Below, one piece after another: positions 57,101-64,000 of a stretch of DNA of 64,000 bases. Below the pieces are notes generated by a model. That model did not search any database, was not told where the DNA came from, and saw only the letters and a list, made by a program, of their open reading frames with translations. Made by a program: the position numbers and the translations under genes. Source of the DNA: Candidatus Aenigmatarchaeota archaeon (GTDB taxonomy: Archaea > Aenigmatarchaeota > Aenigmatarchaeia > CG10238-14 > SCSR01); contig JAWADS010000001.1 of NCBI GenBank assembly GCA_038998625.1, positions 1-64,000 on the forward strand, in the 5' to 3' direction. Position 1 is the stretch's first letter. Each line of letters begins with the position of its first letter.

Positions 57101-57682
57101 TTATAAAAAATAAGGTAGCAACAATAAAAATGCAATCAAAATCATTAAAAACCATAACCATGGTTTCCATGCCACAATCTTACTTCCATCCAAGGGCGGA
57201 ACAGGTAGCAGATTAAAAAAAGCTAACCAAGAGTTTATTAAACTCAAAAAATCAGCATAAGTTAAGGGTATTAATGTGAAAAGCAATGCAAAAGCAATGT
57301 TAACAGCTGGACCTGCAGCAGAAATTATTCCGGATTCTTTTAAAGTTAATCTTACTGCTCTATAGCCCCATCTTCCGAATCTGAAAGGAAAAATTACAAC
57401 AGCACCTGGGGCAGCAAATTTAAATCTACCAAAAGTTATGATGGCCGTTAATAAACCTAAAACTAAGCCAAAAGGCCATACTTTAAATTGAGCATGGCAT
57501 CCAAATTTTTTTGCTGTAAATTTATGGGCCAATTCATGAAAAAGAAAACCTATTATTACAGCTATAAGATAAAGCAAAATTAAATCTACCCTTGAAAAAG
57601 CATGAGGATAAGAAAAAATAATAGTTAGAGCAATAAGGGCAACGATAATATCTCTTATTTCATTTTTTTCAAAAATTTTCAT
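57101..57682 (-). CDS. M50-family membrane metalloprotease
   Basis: HELAHK, AAPGAV, AAGPAVN, FNLLPVPPLDG. Confidence 0.9.
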   Translation of the reverse strand: MKIFEKNEIRDIIVALIALTIIFSYPHAFSRVDLILLYLIAVIIGFLFHELAHKFTAKKFGCHAQFKVWPFGLVLGLLTAIITFGRFKFAAPGAVVIFPFRFGRWGYRAVRLTLKESGIISAAGPAVNIAFALLFTLIPLTYADFLSLINSWLAFFNLLPVPPLDGSKIVAWKPWLWFLMILIAFLLLLPYFL

Positions 57683-57691
57683 ATTATTCCT

Positions 57692-58453
57692 TTATGTCAA
57701 AAAATATTTTAATGCTTCTTCAATATTTCCAACTTCTCTGATTTCTATTCCAGAAACTTCAGAAACCACCACTCTTTCTGGAACATATTCTATTCTGCAG
57801 TATGTAAATCTACCAATTCTTTTACAATCTTCTACAGGCTTATAATTGGTTTGCATTCCTTGTCCAGAAGGTACTAAAAATAGTTTTGCACCTATTTGTT
57901 TAGCAGCATTGGACTTTGCAATTATTCCACCCACTGGTCCTATAGTGCCATCAAGATTAATAGTTCCTGTTATCATAACACTTTGATTAACACTTTTGTT
58001 CTGAATGGCAGCAATGGTTGCTATAGTCAATGCAGCTCCTGCTGAAGGTCCTTCTATAATGGTGGCTTCTGTTTCCACTGAATATATTAAATCAATTTTA
58101 GAAAGATCTGCTTTCGTAAGATTTTGAGCCACATCTTTAGCTATTCTTATAGATTGTTGTGTATCTATCCAGAATAAAATTTGATTAATGTCTACAAGAA
58201 CCCTTCCTTCCCCAGGCAAAACTTCTACACTTAACTTAACTGGCACTCCATTTCCTTGATTATCTATTGCCGGTACAAAAAGACTTACTTTATTTTTTGT
58301 TATGTTAGTTATTTCAAAAGTTTTGTTAGCACTAATGAGCTGAGTGCCGATATTTTGATTGGATAAAATATTTACTAATTCTAGTCTAACGATGGATAAA
58401 ATTATTAAGGAAATTAAAATTAGTGAAAAAGAAATAACGTTAATTTTTTTCAT
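57692..58453 (-). CDS. Membrane-anchored S16 (Lon-like) proteolytic domain protein
   Basis: EGPSAGAA catalytic Ser, TGTI..DG.IGPVGG..AK Lys; no ATPase domain. Confidence 0.88.
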   Translation of the reverse strand: MKKINVISFSLILISLIILSIVRLELVNILSNQNIGTQLISANKTFEITNITKNKVSLFVPAIDNQGNGVPVKLSVEVLPGEGRVLVDINQILFWIDTQQSIRIAKDVAQNLTKADLSKIDLIYSVETEATIIEGPSAGAALTIATIAAIQNKSVNQSVMITGTINLDGTIGPVGGIIAKSNAAKQIGAKLFLVPSGQGMQTNYKPVEDCKRIGRFTYCRIEYVPERVVVSEVSGIEIREVGNIEEALKYFLT

Positions 58454-58513
58454 ACGTATTTTAATCCTTTCTTCTCTATTTAAATTTTTTCATTAATTTT
58501 TTTAATAAAGAGA

Positions 58514-58787
58514 GCGGGAGTGCGCCCTTGGTTGTTACATATCTATAAACTATTTAACCCAAATCCCCTTCTCAGCTCAGTGACTTTCAAGCACCACACT
58601 AACTAGCTTATGGCTGCTTGGTTCCCCACCTGACCAGGTTCGCTAGTTAGTTGGCCCTGAAAGGCTGAGCCTCTTAGTTAGAGATTTGGAATAGCCTATA
58701 GATATGTACCGCCCAAAGGCTTCGACTCGGCCATCAGGACCATTTGCCGATGTAGGCGAGGCCCAGCCGCCCAGGTCTAACTCCCGC
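58514..58787 (-). ncRNA. ffs: Signal recognition particle (7S) RNA
   Basis: GC-rich island with terminal helix GCGGGAG/CTCCCGC, helix 8 motif CAGG-TGG-GGAA-CCA-AGCAG and long helix 5 (ACATATCTATA/TATAGATATGT). Confidence 0.93.
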
Positions 58788-58820
58788 AAAAGAAAATATA
58801 CTTTCAACCAACTTAAATGT

Positions 58821-59975
58821 TTAACTTTTAAGAACTTTTTCAATTCTATTCATAGCTTCTTCAATCTTTTCATAGGCAGTAGCATAGCTTAACCTAACAA
58901 AACCCTCCCCATATTTTCCAAATTCTGTCCCTGCCACAATGATAACCTTTGCTTTTTCAAAAATGAAATCTACAAATTTTTTCGACCTCATATTAAATGC
59001 TTCAATATTTGGAAAAACATAAAATGCGCCCTTCGGCATATTGAAGCGCACCCCTGGAATTTCTGATAATCTTTTACAAATCATTTTTCTTCTTCTATCA
59101 TACTCCTTCCTCATTTTTTCTACATAATTTCTGCATTTTTTTAAAGCTTCAACTGCAGCTAATTGATAAGCTGTGGGGGCAGATATAGTTGTTGCTAGTT
59201 TAAATTCCTTCATCTCCTTTATAATTTCCTTTTTTGCTACAGCATAGCCCACTCTAAATCCACACATGGCATAAGATTTAGAGAAAGTTTGTGTGGTAAT
59301 GGCATAATCAAACATTCCATTCAAACTAGCTAAGCTAATATGTTTTGTATTTTCATAAGTCAGTTTTTCATATGCTTCATCAACTAAAACAAAAATATCC
59401 TTATCCACCACAATATCAGCAATTTCTTCCAAAGTTTTCTTGTTAAGCACATTACCAGTAGGATTAGAGGGAGTATTTATTATTAAAAGTTTTGTTTTTT
59501 TAGAAATCAGTTTTTTTAGCTCTTCACAATTAACTTCAAAACCATCTTCTTCCCTCAACTTTAAATCAACGGGAATTCCGCCTAGCATTTCCACTACTGG
59601 CCTATATGCTAAATAACCTGGATTAGGAATTATTACTTCTTCTTTTGGATTTACTAAAGTTAAAACAGAAAGTAAAATAGCTTCTTTTGATCCCGTTGTT
59701 ATAATAATTTCGTCAGGTGTAGCATCAATTTTATTTTCTTTTTTTAATTTTTCAGAGATGGCTTCCCGCAATTCTTTTTTGCCTTGTAGTGGAGCATAAT
59801 GGGTAAATCCTTTTTTCAAAAATTTATTAGCAGCATCCACAACAACTTTTGGGGCTGGAAAATCTGGCTCTCCAGCTCCTAGAGAAATTATATCCTTTCT
59901 TTGTTCCATTATTCTCAAGCTTTCTTCAATTTTACTAGGGCCCACAACTTTTGTTCTAAAAGCTAGTTCAGGCAT
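58821..59975 (-). CDS. PLP-dependent aminotransferase class I/II (aspartate aminotransferase-like)
   Basis: LGAGEPDF, NTPSNPTG, DEAY, FSKSYAMCGFRVGY, GAFY. Confidence 0.93.
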   Translation of the reverse strand: MPELAFRTKVVGPSKIEESLRIMEQRKDIISLGAGEPDFPAPKVVVDAANKFLKKGFTHYAPLQGKKELREAISEKLKKENKIDATPDEIIITTGSKEAILLSVLTLVNPKEEVIIPNPGYLAYRPVVEMLGGIPVDLKLREEDGFEVNCEELKKLISKKTKLLIINTPSNPTGNVLNKKTLEEIADIVVDKDIFVLVDEAYEKLTYENTKHISLASLNGMFDYAITTQTFSKSYAMCGFRVGYAVAKKEIIKEMKEFKLATTISAPTAYQLAAVEALKKCRNYVEKMRKEYDRRRKMICKRLSEIPGVRFNMPKGAFYVFPNIEAFNMRSKKFVDFIFEKAKVIIVAGTEFGKYGEGFVRLSYATAYEKIEEAMNRIEKVLKS

Positions 59976-60010
59976 AATTATTATTTTTTCTTTTCTTTCA
60001 ATAATAGATT

Positions 60011-61381
60011 ATGAGCTTAGAATATTTTTTTAATCCGCAAACAGTGGCAATAATAGGAGCTAGCCATAAGCCAGGAAAAATTGGTTATACAATTCTCGAT
60101 AATTTTGTAAATGGTGGTTTTCAAGGCAAAGTTTATCCTGTAAATCCCAACACAGAGCCAATATTAAATTTAAAAGTTTACCCTTCCATTAAAAAGGTTC
60201 CCGATTATATTGATTTGGCGGTAATTGCTGTAAAAGCTGAAATTGTTCCGAAAGTTTTGAAAGAATGCGTGGAGAAAAAAGTAAAGGCTGTAGTAATAAT
60301 TTCCAGCGGATTTTCTGAGATTGGCGAAAAGGGAAAGAAATTGGAAGAAAAATTAAGAAAAATTATAAAAAATAAATCGATTAGGGTAATTGGTCCAAAT
60401 GTTATTGGTGTTTATGATTCTTCCACAAAAACAGACACCTTATTTTTATCAAGGGAAAAATTGAAAAGGCCAAAGGAAGGAGGTCTTTCTTTTATATCAC
60501 AATCAGGAGCAGTAGGATCTACAATTTTAGACATCCTTGCAAAAGAAAATATGGGTATAGCTAAGTTTATTTCTTATGGCAATGCTATTGATGTAAACGA
60601 AGCTGATTTAATTGAATATCTTGCTAAAGATGAAAAAACAAAAGTTATCGCAGTTTATTTAGAAGGAATAAAAGCAGATGGTAAAAAATTTATGGAGGTT
60701 GTAAGGAAGGCTAACAAAGTAAAACCAATAATCTTTTTGAAATCTGGAAAAAGTTTTCGAGGAATTAAGGCTGCAGCTAGCCATACTGGTGTCTTGGCAG
60801 GAAGTGCAAGAATTTTTTCTGCAGCCCTAAGGCAAGTTAGAGCTTTGGAAGCAAAGGAGTGGGAAGAATTTTTTGATGCTTGCAAGGTTTTGAATTCTCA
60901 ACCATTACCTAAAGGCAAGGAAGTGATTATCATAACAAATGGTGGAGGTTTCGGGGTTTTAGCTACGGATGAGGCAGAAAAATTAGGTTTAGAATTGAAA
61001 GATCTATCTAAAAATTTAAAGGAAAAATTGAAAAAAAATTTTCCTGAATATGTAAGTTTTAGCAACCCATTAGATTTAACAGGTGATACCACAACAGAAA
61101 GATATAAAATTGCCTTAGAAAACTGCCTGAAGGAATTTGATGGAGCTATTGTAATAATTTTATTTCAAGTTCCAACTTTGGATGAAAGCATTGTTGATGT
61201 TGTGGCTGAAATGCAAAAATTCAAAAAACCAATAGTTTGCTGTACTGCTGGTGGCAAATACACTGAAAAAATGATGGAAAGATTAGAAGAGAAAGGTCTG
61301 CCAGTTTTTAGTTCTCCAGAAAGAGCAGTAAGAAGTTATAATTTTTTAGTAAGGAGATTTTTACAAACCAAAAAACGATAA
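60011..61381 (+). CDS. acdA: ADP-forming acetate--CoA ligase, alpha subunit
   Basis: AIIGAS, YPVNP, IGPN, SQSGA, AASHTG phospho-His, TNGGG, NPLDLTG. Confidence 0.9.
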   Translation: MSLEYFFNPQTVAIIGASHKPGKIGYTILDNFVNGGFQGKVYPVNPNTEPILNLKVYPSIKKVPDYIDLAVIAVKAEIVPKVLKECVEKKVKAVVIISSGFSEIGEKGKKLEEKLRKIIKNKSIRVIGPNVIGVYDSSTKTDTLFLSREKLKRPKEGGLSFISQSGAVGSTILDILAKENMGIAKFISYGNAIDVNEADLIEYLAKDEKTKVIAVYLEGIKADGKKFMEVVRKANKVKPIIFLKSGKSFRGIKAAASHTGVLAGSARIFSAALRQVRALEAKEWEEFFDACKVLNSQPLPKGKEVIIITNGGGFGVLATDEAEKLGLELKDLSKNLKEKLKKNFPEYVSFSNPLDLTGDTTTERYKIALENCLKEFDGAIVIILFQVPTLDESIVDVVAEMQKFKKPIVCCTAGGKYTEKMMERLEEKGLPVFSSPERAVRSYNFLVRRFLQTKKR

Positions 61382-61383
61382 GC

Positions 61384-61391
61384 TTTATATA
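61384..61391 (+). promoter_or_regulatory. Putative TATA box for the acidic microprotein gene
   Basis: TTTATATA preceded by A-rich BRE-like sequence, about 43 bp upstream of the ATG at 61434. Confidence 0.5.
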
Positions 61392-61433
61392 CTTTTATTT
61401 TTCATTAGTATAGAAATATAGGTGAACGATAAA

Positions 61434-61541
61434 ATGGCAAGACAATACGAAGATGAGGAAGAGTCGGAAGAGTCTGAAGAATCTGAGGAGGAAGAGTGGG
61501 AAGAAGAAACTTCTGAAAGTTTCGACGAAGATTGGGAATAA
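61434..61541 (+). CDS. 35-aa highly acidic microprotein
   Basis: MARQYEDEEESEESEESEEEEWEEETSESFDEDWE; AGGTGA Shine-Dalgarno upstream and T-rich terminator-like tract downstream. Confidence 0.75.
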   Translation: MARQYEDEEESEESEESEEEEWEEETSESFDEDWE

Positions 61542-61736
61542 ATTTTTTGTATTTTTTTCTTTTTTAATTTTTCGGTAATTTTCTTTTTTGCGATAGATTA
61601 TTTTTTACACAACAATAATTCTTGATGGCTTTTTTAGTACTTATATATGTAGTCATTATTTGATGGCGACATTTATAAGGAATACCATAATGGTTTTAAA
61701 ACCTTACATCTAACTTTATTTTAGGTGATATAGAAA

Positions 61737-62024
61737 ATGGCAGTATTTGGAGGTTTAGTTGACCTCGGTGTTGCCATTCTATTGGTTGCAGCTTTAGCAG
61801 AATACTTTAAGTTTAGAGGTAAGGCAGACAAAGGATTTTCTTGGTTGGCTGTATCAGGAGTTTTCTTCGTCTTTGCAGGAACCTTCGGAACAGCAACCAC
61901 ATTAGGTTCATATATAGGATCTGCTGCTTGGGGAGGACTAGGGCAACTCTTTGAGGTCTTGGGTTGGTTGTTCGCACTAGTAGGAACAATATTTGTTGCC
62001 TATCAAACCCTAGTGGAGAGATAG
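61737..62024 (+). CDS. Small three-TM Gly/Ala-rich membrane protein
   Basis: AGGTGA Shine-Dalgarno, hydrophobic helices, pyrimidine-rich terminator after the stop. Confidence 0.75.
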   Translation: MAVFGGLVDLGVAILLVAALAEYFKFRGKADKGFSWLAVSGVFFVFAGTFGTATTLGSYIGSAAWGGLGQLFEVLGWLFALVGTIFVAYQTLVER

Positions 62025-62140
62025 GCCAAATTTGATTTTTCCCTTTTTCCCCCTTTTTCTTTATTCTGGTTTCTATACAACACAATAATTTCATTGAAAG
62101 CTGAATTGTTTAAATTGTCAAAAAACAAATTAATAATCAA

Positions 62141-63076
62141 ATGAATAATCGAATGCCTTTGATTATTGGAGTCCTTTCAGGTAAGGGTGGAGTGGGGAAA
62201 ACTACTTTGGTATCAAATTTAGGCGCATCCTTGGCAAAAGATTTTAACAAAAAAATTATTGTTGTTGACGGAAATATTTCCGCTTCACATCTAGGTTTGC
62301 ATTTAAATCTTTATGAAGATTTTAAATTTACTTTAAAAGATGTTTTAGATGGAAAAGCTCCTGTTCAACATGCAATTTATATTCATCCAAATACAGGCTT
62401 AAGGGTTTTGACGGCCCCTCTAAAAGGAGAAAATGTTAAATTAGAAAAAATTGGTAGAGTTTTGAATCAGTTGAAGAATGATTATAATCTTATTCTTGTG
62501 GATACTGCTCCTGGATTGGGTAGAGAAGTTTTAACAGTGGCAAGACATTTGGATGGCGGCATTATAGTGACAACTCCAGATTTTCCAGCAGTAAGTGATG
62601 CTTTAAGAACTATAAAAATTTTAAAGAAAATTGGTGTAGATATTCTTGGAATAATTTTAAACAGAGTTAATGAAGAGAAATATGAATTAACAGAAAGCGA
62701 AGTGGAATCAACTTGTGAATATCCTTGCGCATTGGTTATTCCCGAAGATAAAAATGTACCTGCATCTATAGCAAAAGGAATACCATTAGTCATAGAAAAA
62801 CCTAATTCTAATGCTTCTATAGCAATAAAAAAATTGGCAGCAGCCCTAATGGGAGTGGAATATCAACCAAAGAATTTTTTATACAGAGTGAAGAGATTTT
62901 TTGGTTTAGTTGACATGCAAATACCAAAGATTGTATTACCTGCCCCAAAGAAAGTTAAGTACAAAGCAATAGGGAAAAAAGAAAAAATGAGAGAGGAATT
63001 AAGAAAAGATATAAAGGAAGAATTGAAAAAAGAATTAATTAGAAGATTGAGAGAAAAAATGGCAGAGAAGGAATGA
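62141..63076 (+). CDS. minD: MinD/ParA-family ATPase
   Basis: SGKGGVGKTT deviant Walker A, DTAPG, ILNRV, IPED. Confidence 0.88.
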   Translation: MNNRMPLIIGVLSGKGGVGKTTLVSNLGASLAKDFNKKIIVVDGNISASHLGLHLNLYEDFKFTLKDVLDGKAPVQHAIYIHPNTGLRVLTAPLKGENVKLEKIGRVLNQLKNDYNLILVDTAPGLGREVLTVARHLDGGIIVTTPDFPAVSDALRTIKILKKIGVDILGIILNRVNEEKYELTESEVESTCEYPCALVIPEDKNVPASIAKGIPLVIEKPNSNASIAIKKLAAALMGVEYQPKNFLYRVKRFFGLVDMQIPKIVLPAPKKVKYKAIGKKEKMREELRKDIKEELKKELIRRLREKMAEKE

Positions 63077-63447
63077 AGATGATGCCAAAAACTGAAAATC
63101 TTTTGGATAAGCTAGCGGATGAGATAGCAGAATTAGCTACTAATTCTGAAAAAATAGAAAGAGTTATGAAGATTTTAGAAGAGCAAGATGCCATAGAAAA
63201 GAGAAATTCAAATGATATAATTAATTTAAAAGAAAAAATTTCAATTCTTGAAGGCAAGCTTAACAAATTCCTAGAGGATTTTAAGATTTCTGTTGTGGAA
63301 GCTGAAAGAGAAATTACAGAAAGACATGAAAAAATCTTAAATGATATGGATAAGCAAATTGTTCGATTGCAGAGTCAGATAGAAGATTTGCGCACAGCAA
63401 TTATAAGAATTAGCAATGAAGTAAAAAATCTGAAAGAAAGATTATAG
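63073..63447 (+). CDS. Coiled-coil hypothetical protein
   Basis: Heptad repeats; ATGA overlap with minD. Confidence 0.7.
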   Translation: MKMMPKTENLLDKLADEIAELATNSEKIERVMKILEEQDAIEKRNSNDIINLKEKISILEGKLNKFLEDFKISVVEAEREITERHEKILNDMDKQIVRLQSQIEDLRTAIIRISNEVKNLKERL

Positions 63448-63462
63448 ATTTATTTTGATTAT

Positions 63463-64000
63463 TCAAGAAATATATCTTAAAATCTTCAAGTAATTTTTTG
63501 TTAACCTATCTTTTAGGGCACCTAACTTCTTTTTAATTATTTTATCTTTTGAATAACGAATTCCGTAGTTGAAAATTTTTATCCATTGTCTAGGATTTCG
63601 TACTAATTTACTTTTCAAAAGTCCTCCACCTCTTGGTAAAATTGGTATCGAAATTTCTCCTACTTTTAAGCCATGCTCAAGCGCCTTAAGGTTCATTTCT
63701 GTTTCTATGAGAAAGTCATTCGACTTTAGTTTCAACATCCTAAAACTATTTTTTCTTATTGCTCTAAAACCTGCGAGTGGATCTCCTTTTACATTAAAGC
63801 CAAGAATTTTAAAGAAACCTTTCATAAAAGGCATATATATAGAAAATATAAACTTGTACTTCCTATCCGAGTGTTTATTTTTCAAGTTTCTGGAAGCTAA
63901 AACTAAGTCATATTTTTCAAGCTTATCAATAAGTTTAGGAATATACTCAGGAGGATCCGTTCCATCACCATCCAAGAATATTAATTTATCACCTCTTGCA
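63463..64000 (-). CDS. GT2 glycosyltransferase (Dol-P-Man synthase-like), 5' end outside window
   Basis: DGDGT DXD motif, ASR, DPLAGFRA, FLIETEM. Confidence 0.85.
   Translation of the reverse strand, partial: ARGDKLIFLDGDGTDPPEYIPKLIDKLEKYDLVLASRNLKNKHSDRKYKFIFSIYMPFMKGFFKILGFNVKGDPLAGFRAIRKNSFRMLKLKSNDFLIETEMNLKALEHGLKVGEISIPILPRGGGLLKSKLVRNPRQWIKIFNYGIRYSKDKIIKKKLGALKDRLTKNYLKILRYIS

Noticed and set aside
58643..58892. Two short ORFs, and RNase P RNA as an alternative identity for the GC island
   Set aside because: The ORFs overlap the structured RNA. The helix 8 motif identifies SRP RNA, and RNase P P4 motifs were not seen.
1..64000. CRISPR array, cas genes, transposases or integrases
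   Set aside because: No regularly spaced repeats or recognisable motifs were seen, and no duplicated tRNA ends suggesting att sites.

Overview
This is a very AT-rich, gene-dense archaeal chromosome segment. Gene content and style suggest a DPANN archaeon, possibly Aenigmarchaeota-like (inference). From left to right it holds: (i) an N-glycosylation locus (GPT/AglH-like, GT-C, aglB, nucleotide-sugar enzymes); (ii) information-processing genes (histone, RPA, radA, bud32, rps15, RecJ-like, rps3ae, trm5-like, dph5); (iii) a ~25 kb unexplained surface/secretion locus (17.8-42.8 kb) with six paralogous membrane proteins, two coiled-coil proteins, a type IV-filament ATPase plus platform protein, about nine pilin-like genes, an EGF-like repeat adhesin and a 2468-aa mosaic exported protein; (iv) alba and AMP-pathway genes; (v) four tRNA genes carrying six introns (four non-canonical), one gene sitting directly upstream of the splicing endonuclease; (vi) top6AB, dim2, eIF1A, EndoQ, proteases, SRP RNA, acdA and MinD. 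The 2468-aa protein has apparently degenerate OspF/lyase-like and JAB-like domains, a hydrophobic hairpin and Cys-rich repeats. The best candidate for an undescribed system is the pilus-linked giant-protein locus, proposed as a host attachment or effector delivery apparatus. All calls come from reading motifs by eye; no searches were run.
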